Source: Neolecta irregularis DAH-3
Taxonomy: Eukaryota
NCBI GenBank assembly: GCA_001929475.1
Contig: LXFE01004399.1
Location: forward strand, 1 to 46,492
Direction: 5' to 3'
DNA length: 46,492 nucleotides
The position numbers and the translations under genes were made by a program. The stretch's first letter is position 1, and each line of letters begins with the position of its first letter. This document shows positions 1 through 12,809 of this stretch, in pieces. The notes under the pieces are model-generated. The model was not told the origin of the DNA and ran no database searches. It saw only the letters and a program-made list of their open reading frames with translations.

Positions 1-50
1 CTTACTTGATCTGGGTATTTAGTACTTGCACTCTTGAACAATAATGCATT

Positions 51-2189
51 CTATTTATGTTTTAGTATTGGTGCTCTCTCTGCAATTTCTACTTCCTCTT
101 CCTCGTCCTCTTCTTCGTCCTCTTCTTCGTCCTCTCCCTCTTCCCCGTCCTCTTCCTCCTCTTCCTCCTCGCTCTCCCCCTCTTCCTCCTCACTCTCCCC
201 CTCCTCCCCCTCACTCCCCCCCTCTGACGTCGCATAAAAATCATCCAAACTCTGCATCCCAGTACGAACACTCTTAACCAATCTCGAAACACCAGGAGAA
301 ACATTCATCTTGTCTTCAACAGCCGCCACCTCGTCACGAAGTTTGGCCGATAAAGTCTCGCCGGCCCAGTCAGGTAATCGCGTATACCCAACAACCTCCC
401 TCTTCAAACACAACGACATACTTCCAATCGTATATTCCCCACCACACACAAAAGTAAACGGAGAAACAGGCTTATTCGTGAAAAACACTTCTTTCGATAA
501 AAGCGACGGCGAAGAAACAAGCGCTTTGTAAAATCTCGCACGGTCACGTATATCGCTCGACACATCAAATCGGGATAACTGGAAAATATACTCAAACAGC
601 AAAACAACCGGATCTTGATCAGGATGCAGACAGTATAATTTTGACGCAAATAGCAATATCTGCAATTTAACCAATCTCGTTTCTTGAGGAAATGATCTCG
701 CACACAGACGGAGCAGGTCCCTCGCGATTTCAGGGACCAGGGAAATATACTCGCCCATCATCCAAATTATATTCACGCGGGCTATATCGGGTTTCACACG
801 CGGCAATGCGCGGCCCAGTCTTTTGAGCAGCGTGCGATGGTTTTCGGGGTCCAGTTGAATTATTCGTCGGATAACTTGCATCGATTCAGAAATTAAAATG
901 CAAGATGTATCCAAGGAGATGTTTTTGACTAGTTTAAAGAGACATGTTTGCGATATCGAGGGGACGGAGAGCGCACAGCGGCCGATTGCTTTTACCGCCA
1001 GTCCTGAAAAGTCTGTTGACGACGATTTCGAGTAGTACTGCTATTAGAATAGAATCTAGATGGCGATACTTGTAGTTCTGTCAGGATTGTGTCCACGTTT
1101 TGATCAGTCACGAGTATCGCCAGGATGTCCAGTTTGAGTTCTTGGATGTAAGCGGGGTCTAGCGGCCACACGAAGAATTTAGAAAGGTGCGGATAAAAGA
1201 TTTCCTAGCTATTAGGCGATTCCGGCAGGTGGATACAGGTGTTGATGCAGCGATTGCAGAAATGTTGACAAGTGCTACGTATTGAATCTCGGGTGATTCG
1301 CGGAGTAGGCGTACGAGGGATGGGGCGATTTTGTAGAGGTCCTCGGGCGGCGCAAGATGTTTATAGATTTTGACAACAGCCATGAGGACCTGGGATGAGC
1401 AGGAGAGCTAAACGATGTATACTGCAGAATTGTTGCTCTCTACAAGGGAGAGGCTGGATCTAAAGAGTAGGTCGAGGTCCATGGTTAGCGGGGCGTCGAT
1501 GGGGGACGGAAAATGGTTTCTAGCGTAGAGTAGGAGAAAATCGAGCATGACGAGTTGATCCCAATCGCTCATGTCCACCAAGAGGCCGCACCAGCGGCGG
1601 TAGTGTTGATGGCACAGATCCCACCGGTGAGGCGCAATTGCAGCGAGCGACCCGACTGCCGGAGCGACGACTGAGTGGGCATGGTCTGCGAGAAGGGGAA
1701 TCAACAGATCTGTCAGAGCGGCCAAATGACTCGGATCCAGACTGTATTTAGCAATTAGCAAGGCCGAGAGTACCTGTGGCATCTTGGAATTGCGCGTGCA
1801 GCGGCCGCTCTAACTATAGGGCTTGAATCTGAAATAGACTTTGATATCGCGAGAAGGACTATGGGTGCGATAGCGGGGACGCGGATGGAGGCGATGACTC
1901 TGAGGGCGAGTGCTCGGAGGATTGGGTTTTTGTGGGAAAGAGCACGCTGGACGGCGTTTATCGAGAGAAGGGCGAGATCCGGCTCTTTTTGGGCGTAGCG
2001 GAGGAGATAGATGTAGACGCATCTGCGGGCCTGGATGCTTGTAGAGGCGACGTTTTTGACGACTGCGGGAAAGTGCAGCGAAAGGTCTTTGCCCTGGGCG
2101 AGGAGCGTGAGTAGGCGGCGAAGGGCGGTGATGCGTTCGCGGAGGAGTGAAGAGGATAGCATTGCATGCAGCTCCGTGTCTATATCCAT
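51..2189 (-). CDS. APL6: AP-3 adaptor complex beta subunit (4 introns of 32-33 nt)
   Basis: Adaptin-N motifs FPAVVKNVAS, VYIYLLRYA..EPDLALLSIN, RALALRV...IRVP and DIRDRARFY, plus an acidic C-terminal tail. Introns at 1742-1773, 1390-1422, 1205-1236 and 1038-1069 join the ORF fragments in frame. The start at ATG 2189 is inferred. Confidence 0.9.
90..225. repeat. Low-complexity (TCC/TCT/TCG)n tract encoding the acidic E/D/G tail of AP-3 beta
   Basis: Pyrimidine triplet run; minus-strand translation EEEEGESEEEEEEEDGEEGEDEEEDEEED. Confidence 0.8.
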
Positions 2190-2513
2190 GGTGGTTACGG
2201 GTGTGGACGTGGGTACTGTGGATGCTGGTATATCTTGTAGATATGGTGGTGAAATGGATATGGGTGGTGAATGGGATGGGGACAAGTGTTTATACGAGAT
2301 GGTATGCTTACGAGATGGGTGCCAAGGTGGTCGAGAAGGGATATGAAAGGTAATAATGATAAAGGTAATAATGAGTACGCGTGGATAGAGGATAGAAGTG
2401 GAGGAAACTAAGAGTGACAGCCACAGTAAGACAGACGAACAGTAGAATCGTAAACTACTCTACCCATCACCACTATCCATCAAGAATCAACTACCCCATA
2501 TCCACACTAGAAC

Positions 2514-3677
2514 ATGCCTCGCCGCCTCAATATCGCCCTTGTTGGTGCTGCTCCCTCAATATCCTGCTGATTCCAGGCCCCGGACTAGTCGGCACCGCCT
2601 TTATCCGCCAACTTGCTTCACTACCACCACGGCCTGTCCAGTTATGCCTGGTCGCCCTTGTCCGGTCCAATGCTGCGATTCTTGCCAAGGACATTAATGC
2701 CCTCGACCCAATGTCCTCCCTCTCTTCTCTTGATTCTTCTGCGTCCTCTGTTTCACCCGCTGCTCTCGCCTCATTCCTCTCGTCTCTCCCTGATCCCGCT
2801 ATTCTCGTCGATGCCACCGCATCAGATACGCTGCCTCAGGCCTATCATCTATTTCTCGCCCGCGGAATCCACATCGCTACTCCAAACAAGCGTGCATTCG
2901 CCTCCTCTGCCGCTCTCTATGCACAGATCCACGAAGCAGCCACCCTCGGAAACGCTAATCTCTTCCACGAAAGCACTGTAGGCGCTGCTCTCCCCGTCAT
3001 CTCTACCCTCCACGATCTCATCGACACCGGCGACTCTGTCCTCAGAATAGACGGCATCTTTTCAGGCACCCTCAGTTACATCTTTAACCATTTCAGCCCC
3101 GCTACTCACTCCTCCGCTCTATCTTTTTCACAAATCGTCACCCAAGCAAAACAACTAGGATACACGGAACCAGATCCCAGAGACGATCTCAATGGCATCG
3201 ACGTCGCTAGAAAACTCGTAATCCTCTCTCGCATCCTCGGCCTCAATGTAGACTCCACCTCCTCCTTTCCCGTAAACTCTCTTGTCCCAAAATCTTTAGA
3301 ATCAGCCACTCTTGATGACTTTCTCGAAAAACTACCCGACCATGACTCTTATTTCGAAAAAATAAGAACTGACGCTCAACAGAATGATATGGTTGTCCGC
3401 TACGTCGGTAGTATCAACGTCGCCACCGGCGAATTAAAAGTCGCCTTAGACTCATTTCCAAAATCACATCCTTTTGCAGCTCTTCAATCATCGGACAATC
3501 TCATCTCCTTTTGGACAAAAAGATACGGAGATAGACCCTTGATTATCCAGGGCGCGGGGTTTACTTTCTCTTTTGGCCTCTTTCAATTGACGTTCTAGAG
3601 CGGGTGCTGATGTTACTGCTATGGGTGTTCTGGCAGATGTGATCAGAGCAAGTCGAGAGATTATACAAAATACGTAA
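2514..3677 (+). CDS. HOM6: Homoserine dehydrogenase (2 introns)
   Basis: After removing introns 2545-2576 and 3559-3598: MPRRLNIALVG|GPGLVG Rossmann start, IATPNKRAF, ESTVGAALPVI, GYTEPDPRDDLNGIDVARKLVIL, IQGAG|AGADVTAMGVLAD. Confidence 0.95.
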
Positions 3678-3878
3678 TATTTTACTTTGTGATTCTTCAA
3701 TCAAGAATAAAGTGATTCGATGTATAGCAAATAGATTATCAAAACAAGTCAGAATTCATACAAGTGATTCTTCATTCCATAATACCCTTACGCCATATCT
3801 ATAATCATTCCCAAATCACTGTGCAAATATATCCTGTACATATCAATACGTCATCCTCCTTCCCCTCCTCCCGTCATC

Positions 3879-4365
3879 CTATTGATCAGAGCGACTTCCA
3901 CTCGCAGTTCTCTCATTCTTGTTCGCCTGTATTTAGCCCATTTGCTATAAACTAATTTCATACTTCTCGGAATTTCTCAAGGTAGGGTTTTAATGCGTCG
4001 CCGTACTTTTCAAAGCCAAGCGTATTCAAAGAAAATACAATATCATCTCCATTAATCGTCTTTCGTTTCTCATTATGGCATTTTTCAGACGCTGGCGTCA
4101 GCATCAAATTATATAGATACGACGTACCCTCGCTAGTTACAAACGAGATGAACTCGCTTACGCTTTCCTGGATGCATTCTTTGGCGTCTTTGGCTATTTT
4201 TGCGTTGTCGGGGAGAGTTGATTTCATTATACGGGCGATGTTTGCGATTGGGAGGACTTGGTATGTTGGATCGAAGCGCGAAGTAGACGGTTCTAGATAT
4301 TCCTGCGGCTCATGATGGGTATCGGCCGGCGGGATTGCATGTTTCTGTACTGGAGAAGAGGACAT
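3879..4365 (-). CDS. HAP3: CCAAT-binding factor subunit NF-YB/Hap3 (histone fold)
   Basis: [56 protein letters not shown]. Introns 4092-4127 and 3927-3963. The exact 3' end is less certain. Confidence 0.92.
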
Positions 4366-4423
4366 TGTAGTTGGTTTGTGTATAATACGATAGTGGGACG
4401 GCAGCGTATATAAGGAGTATGAC

Positions 4424-5434
4424 TCAGAAATCTAGTTTATCCGGTTGTCTGTCCTCGGTGCCTTGTTCCTCTCCCACTACTCCAAAACTCCACGTTTCCA
4501 TGCTAAATCCCCTCCGTGACACCCGGAATTCATAGTGTTCATCGCTTACATTCGTCTCTGGCAATTTCAATACCCGCACAACACCCTGAGGCCCATCTCC
4601 GGCCGCCGGCAGCGGCACAAGTTCAAGCACCCCGTCTGCAAGAATCTCCATCCAGCCAACTATTGCGCTCGTCCGGGGATATAAATATACAGGCAGCGTC
4701 ATCATAACAGCCAGTCGTGTTGGATATCGCTGCAGTAGCAGGCGGAGCGAATGCAGAAACCGCAATATTCGTCCTGGATGACGTGCCGTTTGATCATACT
4801 GCAACGGTGATAGCAAACCTGGTAAAACCACCCGGTGGACATGTGGCCTCGCTTCCCCCATCACCTTTTCAACATGTGCCAACACCTCTTGAAAATCAGG
4901 TCGTAAAATAGTGACGTTTGAGCAAGTCGTGTCAAGTCGTCTAGTTAGATCAAACGTGTTGCAATAATCCCCTTGTTCTCTTTCTATTCCTCAGCGCAAC
5001 ATAAAAAAGGTAGATTTACTACCTCGCCCAGTATCCCCCGATCCCAAATCATTATACCGCCATGCGATCTTCATTTTTTCTACAGAGTGGTTTGCACGTT
5101 GCAGTTTTTCATTGATCCCTGGTAATTCGCCTACCCAGGATTTTTCAACCCCACAAACAATGAGGGCGTGTTCATGTACCACTCCCTGTGCCGCAAAGTA
5201 TCTCAATAAAGCACTCGCGAAATCTGTACTCCCCGACTCTTCGATTAATAAACATGTTCCGAGGGCAAGACCTCCCCCTACCAATATCGCATCGAGAGAT
5301 GGACAGCCGGTGCTTGTGGTTGCTTTGCCGTTAATATACGATGGACGTACGCCTTTGGGAAATTCATATGCAGATTTAGAGGTTTCTGGATATGCGGACC
5401 CGGACAATTTGACTTGACGTCGCTGAAATGACAT
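4424..5434 (-). CDS. ELP4: Elongator complex subunit Elp4
   Basis: GVRPS...[55 protein letters not shown] and E.LADGVLEL; one intron near 4984-5022. Confidence 0.92.
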
Positions 5435-5527
5435 CTAAAGTCGGTGAAGTTGATTTTTTAAAAGGCAACGCCCACATTCATTTCCTTCTCAGATTATTAA
5501 TTTAATCTATCAGACAGACGCATAAAT

Positions 5528-6684
5528 CTATTGTTTATAACCGGTATACGCCCACCTTCCCGCTCCCACGTTTCTCCATTTCCCACTTTTTAAAAGCATA
5601 TCTTGAATAATTTCACCAACGACCCCTTTACTCACTCCTCTCCACGGCCCCCCTCGTCCCGTAACTTGAGCCCATACTTTGGAAACGCGTAATGTCAAAT
5701 TTGGATGATTTTTACTCTTTCTTTTTGCTTCGGCTGCTTGTTGATTGATTATTTCGCCAATGTTCCATTCGCCTATAACTATGTATACTTGATTTTCCAG
5801 TATGATGTTGCCGTCGTGTATCAGTGATTTGAGTACTTGACATAGTGTATAGTGGACATTGGCCGATGTAGACGGCTGTGCCACAAGTCTGGCTCCATCT
5901 TCAATTTCTGGAGTGCTTCGTAAATGGGAAATTGTAAAGTCATGCAAATCGTTTGTTTCGAGGTATTGTAGAATCAAGAGTTTCAGGTTTGCGGGTGTTT
6001 GTTCAGTTATCGGGAGTTGTTTGAAATCAAGCTTTCGCTGGACGAGTTAGTAGAAACTAGCAGACACTGACTGTACTTTTTGAGAGCTAGTCTCTCTGCC
6101 CTTTTCAAACTTGATATTGATTTCATCTTTAATAACCCATGGTTTCAAAAGGACTTTTTCCTTTAATACCACCCGTTCATTCCATCCTTTGATCTCTAAA
6201 TTCCAATCCTGTAGAATTTCTCTTGGTCAGTTGGAATTCAAGGGAAAGAGGTACCAATAGTGACAACATCTAGTTGTCGCAAATCTCTAAATTGTACGAT
6301 GAATCCCCTCGCTTTAACAAGATTCCCAACATCAATCTTCTTTCGTATTCCCTCATCAACCGGTTTTTGACCGTTTAGACCCTCGGATCGAATGACCAAG
6401 TCTATAGTAATGCCACTTGAATCGTCGACTCCAAAAATAAGTCTTCTTCTCTCTTTAAACGTACAATCATAAATATGAAAATGTTGACGGTCTTCGATTC
6501 CAACTATGATTCCCAGCAACTCTACGAATCGGATCGGATGGTTCAACCAATGCCACACATTCGAATTGTCGTATCCGGGTAGTCGGTGCAATGCATAGAT
6601 ATCCTTGGAAAACAACTTTACCCACGACTTGTATACTTGCGACAGGCAAAAGTACTTTGGAGGGTAGAGTTCAGGCGTGGACAT
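5528..6684 (-). CDS. STN1: Telomere-capping CST subunit Stn1 (OB fold plus winged-helix-like C-terminus)
   Basis: NHPIRFVELLGIIVG...DDSSG and VKARGFIVQFRDLRQL match the fungal Stn1 OB-fold pattern. Three short introns connect ORFs 6238-6684 and 5528-5977. Confidence 0.8.
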
Positions 6685-6931
6685 TCATTTAGTGTTGATT
6701 GCAGTGGACAGTTGTAACCACATGGGTTGACCACCAGAATGGAGCTAACCTTGGGATTAAGAGGCAAGGGTTAGCAAGAAATGTTTATATAAAGGACAAT
6801 ACCAGCTCTCTTCTACGTGTGGTCTTGGCTCAATGCACTCTGGTTCATAAGCTATTATCATACAAGACCTGAATGTCGGGATAACGCAAGAATATCAAAT
6901 CACCACAGCACTCTGACAGCGTGTTTTTCCA

Positions 6932-7903
6932 ATGAAAGTTTTTAAAACAATCGACCAGTTTCGCCAGTGGAGACGAAATGAATTCCTTGAAGCAAGATCG
7001 GTTGGATTTGTACCGACAATGGGCGCATTGCACGCCGGTCATACTGGTCTAAGTAAATATACCAGAAGAGCACCATTGACTTTTAGTCGACCATGCAAAA
7101 TCCGAAAATGATTCAGTGGTCGTTTCAATATTCGTGAATCCAGCTCAGTTCGCACCCACAGAAGACTTTGACTCGTACCCTAGATCATGGGAGACAGACA
7201 AAATTAAATTACAAGAGAAAGGGAAAGTGGACGCTGTTTTGCTGCCTTTGATAGCTGAAATGTATCCCTCGGGAATTACTCTAGATGTTTCTCAACAACA
7301 AGGAACGTTTGTCCATGTACAAGGCCTTTCGCATCAAGTAAGTCTCGTTAATAATTCTACCAACGTCAGCTTGAAGGAAAGGCTCGTCCGCATTTCTTCA
7401 GAGGAGTAGCCACTGTCGTATCTAAACTATTCAACATAGTTCAACCTGAAACCGCGTATTTCGGTCAAAAAGACATTCAACAAACGGTCGTACTCAAGGC
7501 TCTTGTGCGAGATCTGTTGATCCCTACTACAGTTCGAGTTTTCCCGACACTCAGAGAAGATGATGGACTAGCTCTGAGTTCGCGAAATGCATATCTTTCT
7601 CCAGATCAAAGAAAGCATGCGAACGCGCTATGGAGAGGATTGTCAGCTGCCCGGGACGTTTATTTGAGCCATAAAGATTCTAGTCGAGATGAGATCCTGG
7701 GAGCTGCACAAAAGATCATTGACGAGGTATCACAGTTGACCCAGTGTGAAGTGGAATTGGAGTACATCAGTATGGCTAGCCCTGAGACGCTTTTGGAAGT
7801 AGGCAAGGCTGTAGATGGAACGATATTAAGCGGAGCAATGAGAATTGGAAAGAAGGGACAACTTGTTACAAGAATTATTGACAACCTAATACTTGAATCG
7901 TAA
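6932..7903 (+). CDS. PAN6: Pantoate--beta-alanine ligase (pantothenate synthetase)
   Basis: [74 protein letters not shown] and RIIDN; introns 7053-7086 and 7338-7369. Confidence 0.95.
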
Positions 7904-7953
7904 AGTTTGCACTGAAAAAGTGGGTACGAGGATTATCAACATGATACTTGTTT

Positions 7954-8653
7954 TTACTGAAAATCGCCCCAGGCGTCATCATCAAAAGCCTCATTTACGG
8001 CTTCTGATTGTGTCCTATTTATATCCATGACAGAGGGAGGAGGCGGAATGAAGATTTCGTCAATTTCGCTGGCTGTCGCTGGCCTCGAAGCCACTGTCCT
8101 TTGCTTTTGCTAAAGTTGTCTAGTTGAGCCAGTGCTCTAGAGGCTTACACCAATGTTCACTGTAATAGTCTCCCCCTCCTTCAATGAGTAATCTTTTGGT
8201 GGTAAAGCGACTTTCTTCTTAGCCTCCTGCACACCTAACTGCCGTCTCTCTCTTTCAATAGCTGGTAAAAGAGGCATCATACTTTCTAAAGTCCTGTAAT
8301 GCAACATTGAGATCAAAAGCATCCGTCTTCTCCTGAAACCCAATACCCAAATATGCCCTCCGTCCTTGGTCAACCACTGTAATCACAAAGAACCTCGAGC
8401 TGTCTAGCACAGGCTCCACTACGTGTGTCGAGATATACGGACAGGCGGCAAATAGTTCACCTGTATTGGAATCTTCAAGTCGGATTTCGCATTCTGTGTC
8501 GGTTTCAAGAATGCGAAGACGACCCGACCACAATGATTTGTCTAGATCGCCCCAGTCCGAGGCTCTATGTCCTTTTGACGAGGCACGAGGCGGGATCCGA
8601 TAAACTTGAACTGTTGACTGGAACTGAACTGTGCATTGTGAATCATCGAGCAT
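7954..8653 (-). CDS. Adaptin ear-binding coat-associated protein (NECAP/DUF1681)
   Basis: VYRIPPR.S.KGHRASDW, W.GRLRILE, GELFAACP, VEPVLDSSRFFV and RAYLGIGF; spliced C-terminus IPPPP...DDDAWGDFQ*. Confidence 0.9.
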
Positions 8654-8764
8654 CGGCGGTGGAGGGGAAACACCAATGAACTATTTATAATTCTCATATT
8701 TATCATTGGTAAATTTCAATTTCAAACACCTGGAAACATCCAGTTTCCCGTTTTTCAGTTGAAG

Positions 8765-11700
8765 ATGTCTGTGAAATCCTCACTTTCGCCCTCTCAAACC
8801 CATTTAAAACCAGTTGGAGGCATACATAATAGTAAGTCATGGGTCACCCCACAACCCAGGGCCCAATGGTCTGAATGGCCTGAACTTTCCATTGAAGTCT
8901 ACGATACTCCGCCAAAGTTTACCAGCTTTGATTTATTTCTTGCATTTCGAGAACAGGGAACTATCATTTGGGCAGAAGTATATGAAAGAAATGCGGACGT
9001 TGCCAAACCAGACAAAGCTAGAGGAATCTTGCGTTTTAGGTATTATTTGTCGGATTTGCTTGGAGTTGACATCATCAGGCCTGTGCCTCGTACTGACTTT
9101 TGGAACCAAGAGCGTATGCGAACTGATGGCACAGAAATCACATTCAAAATACTTCGTTATTTCCCCAGAGAAATCACTTATCTCGGAACCAAACTACCGC
9201 AAAGCGAGACCTTTATGAGCTCAGAAATTGGGTTTGGCCAGTTGGCTGGAGAGCGAATCGCTCATATATCTCATCGAGTCCCTTCATCGACCTCGATCAC
9301 CTTTGACAATCAAAAACGACAGTTTTTATTTGAATTTTCGTTTCACTACGATACCCGTCGATATCGTTTGCGGTTCGATTATACTCAGTTGACCGGAGGA
9401 ACCTTTTACATGCAACCCATTCCAGGAACTAGAGATTCTTACCTGGTATTTACCGTTAAAACTCCGCCGTTACTTTCCCGGAAGATTCAAGACGACCCGT
9501 TGAAGATACATGCCAAAGAGATAGAGCGGATCCAAAGTCGCCCATGGGAAGACAAATTCCAGTGGGTTCGTGTAAGTAGGATCGCCAAGGAAGGCTCGAT
9601 TCGTGCGAGGGATGATTGTAAGCCTGAAATTATTCAGATCGGTATAAACGGCATTAAACTGGGTTAATTCTACAGGAAGAAGACTGACTTATTGTCTGCG
9701 ATTATCAAAGGGCATTCGTGACTCGAACCGTCTCGCTAACTTTTTGCGCAGTGTTAAATGTCTAAATCTGGATGTGAACGAAACGGCCGTGTTCGACATT
9801 CTGCTCGATAAGCCAATCCATCTTCCTAATCTTGACAATGTGGCTTTTAACGTCCGCTACCTTTTACAATGCTGTTTGACGTTTAATGTCTTCACGGAAA
9901 GTTGTCTTTGCGAAGAATTCGTCAATGTCTTGACTCAATTAGCGCCAGGCGACGCTTGTGAATATTTGAAGGGTCTAATTATTCTTCGTAACACTGTTTG
10001 GAACCCTCTTGAACATATTATCGAGCATGCGACAATGAAATCTACCCCACCGAAACCGTTACCTATTTATTGTGTTGAGATGCGACATTGCACTATTACC
10101 CCGACCTGTATAACTGTATGTCCGGCCGATATCGAAACAAGCAATCGTATCACTCGCAAGTTCAGAAAGTATACCGAATACTTTATTCGAGTGCAATTTC
10201 TTGACGAGGTCCACAAGGTACATTTTGCCCTCTAAAGCAGTCACCTAATTGCAGGGCCGCCTACAATCAGATATGAAGGCTGATCTGATGGGTGCATACA
10301 ATCGTATCTTTGATGTCCTGAACGACGGGCTCGAGATAGAAGGCCGAAAATACGAGTTTTTGGCATACTCCAACTCGCAACTTCGTGAACATGGCTGTTA
10401 TTTCTTTCATACTACACCAGAAATGAGTGCAGATGAAATAAGGAATTGGATGGGTGACTTTTCCAATGAATATACAGGTCAAGTTTGTCCAAATACTCCA
10501 GTTAATCTCTAGTCGCTCGATTCGGTGCTCGAATGGGGCAATGTTTTTCAACAACAATGGACGTCATAACCGATTTTGATATACATGAAATCCCAGATAT
10601 TAAAAGGGGTTCCAGTTGTTTCACAGACGGAATCGGAAAGATATCGAAAGAAGTTGCAAAAGAGGCTGCTAAAGTTATACATATGAGCTACCACTCGGAG
10701 CCTTCTGCTTATCAGTTCCGTCTCGCTGGTTCTAAGGGGGTCCTCACAGTTGATCCAACACTTGAGGGCCGACAGATACATGTTCGGGCTAGTCAAACGA
10801 AATTCGAGAGTAAGCATAAAATTTTGGAGATCAACAATTGGTCAAGATATGCCATTGCCACCTTGAGTAGACAGGCCATAATTGTCATGACAGCGCTTGG
10901 AGTTCCAAATATCTCGTTCATTGATATGCAAGATGCACAAATTGCAGAACTCGATGCTATGATGATAAACGACAGGACAGCGGTAGCCATATTGTCGAAA
11001 AATGCAGATGATTTTGGTGAAATGGCAATACAGGCGAATTAAATAGTCAGTGCTAATATTCCTAGCGAATTATATCGGATTTGCTTGATGCCGGTTTTCG
11101 CGAAAGAGGAGATACATTTGTCTCGAATTTGGTACGCTTATACAAGAATTGGTGTCTCCGCAACCTTAAACAAAAGGCTAAAATTATCGTTCCGAATGGA
11201 GTTCATGTTTTTGGTTTTTTATACATTACTAATGAATCACACTAACGTTAGGTGTCGTTGACGAGACACTTTCTCTCAGAGGCCATCAAGAGGGTGCCGA
11301 AGATGACTTGCCAGAGATTTTTTGCCAGGTTTCCGAGCACGCCGAGTCATCTAATTCTCGAGTTATTAAAGGGAAATGTATTGTTGTAAGTTTCTTTGTC
11401 CGTTATTTTCGCCGATTCATTAGTATCGTAATCCACTATTGCATCCTGGAGACGTCAGGGTCGTCAATGCAGTACACTGCGAAAAGCTGATGCATCTCCG
11501 TGATGTCGTCGTATTTCCAGCAAGAGGATCACAAGATATACCGAGCATGTGCAGTGGAGGTGATCTCGATGGTAAAAAAATAATGATTGCGCTCTCCTGC
11601 TGACTTTCAAAAGGTGATACCTTTACCGTAATTTGGGACCCAACGCTTCTTCCAAAAATTGTAAACTGTGAGCCAATGAACTCTACCTCTTCCGAAGCAG

Positions 11701-12725
11701 TAACGGAAACAAAAGAGAAGAGAAGACGAAAGAAGATACCTACCGTTAAGGAATTAAAGATGTACTTTGTTCAGTATATCATGGTATACAGCTTTCATAA
11801 TCCAAAAGGATGCTAATTAGTTCCATAGAACGATAACCTTGGGTTGATAGCACATTCGCATCTCGCTCTGGCGGATGCCAAACCAATGGGCGTCTTTGAT
11901 GAAGATTGTATGCATATATCGTTTATTTGCTGAATGTACAGGTCTGCAACTGGCGAGGTTACATTCCAATGCTGTGGATTTCCCCAAGACTGGGATAGAG
12001 GTGGCACTTCCTTCCCATCTTCGACCGAGAACATATCCTGATTACATGGAAAAGAAACCTAGGATGACCTGTTTGTTCCTGGATGGGAAGAGGCACTCAT
12101 TTCAAGATCAGTCACATGGTATCCTGGGTATTTTATACAGAAAGATACATATTGAAGATTTTTATCCACTTCTGGGTACAACTTGAACACGAAGTTTGAC
12201 TAACGAGAGCCCCTCATTCCGATCCGCTTCTCAAGGTCAAATGTCAAGAAGAGCACTACAACTTTGCTGTTGCAGAGAAAGTAGTATATGATCTGGCAGT
12301 GCATCATTTGATGATTAAATATGGAATCAAAACAGACTATGAAGTCTTCACAGGTTTCATCATCTCTCCGTTATCAGTGTCCGGAAAGAAGGAATACCAA
12401 CTTAGAGAAACGATTTGGAGAGAAGCATGCCACTCTGTGTTTTAATTATTGACATCTTAGTACAGTGTCGTGAGAGATTTGACTCGTAGACGCTTGTACA
12501 GCTATGTTGAAAGTTTGTCTGGAAACCTTGCCGAAAACTTGCGCAAAGTTGTTTCGGCTACGTATTACATTACTGTACAAGAGCAGACTGAGAAATGGCA
12601 ACAAGAAGAGCAGGTTGCATCTAGAGTATCGTTTCCCTGGGTATTTCACGACGTATATTTCATGTTAATCAAATTGCTCACATTAGACCTTGATTGATAT
12701 TGTAAGAGGAAACAAAAAAGGGTAG
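8765..12725 (+). CDS. RNA-dependent RNA polymerase of the RNAi pathway (Rdp1/QDE-1/SAD-1 family), about 14 introns
   Basis: YEFLAYSNSQLREHGCYF, ARMGQCFSTT, FTDGIGKIS, PSAYQFRLAGSKGVL, RNPLLHPGDVR, catalytic SGGDLDG|DTF (intron 11572-11613), LHSNAVDFPKTG and SFPW. Reading frame traced through all exons. Confidence 0.93.
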
Positions 12726-12809
12726 ACACCTGCCTGACCGTTTGTGGGATCTTGCCACGAATCGTCGGGCTGTGGATGAATATATTATGAGGTGGTATAT
12801 GGCGATAGC

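Noticed and set aside
34-304. Poly-Ser, Pro-rich and Arg-rich ORFs
   Set aside because: Alternative frames of the acidic AP-3 beta tail repeat.
2414-2513. Apparent N-terminal extension of the 394-aa HOM6 ORF
   Set aside because: It starts at a GTG and runs through an intron; ATG 2514 plus a 32-nt intron gives the canonical N-terminus.
3879-3905. Possible extra 27-nt GC-AG intron extending HAP3
   Set aside because: Shorter than any supported intron, and no conserved sequence requires it.
6740-6870. Two weak hairpins between STN1 and PAN6 suggesting an H/ACA RNA
   Set aside because: Stems are short and imperfect, and the region is adequately explained as a divergent promoter.
8110-8148. Suspected alternative splice removing the NECAP WGDF tail
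   Set aside because: On recount, the canonical GTAAGC...TTTAG intron gives the conserved tail in frame.
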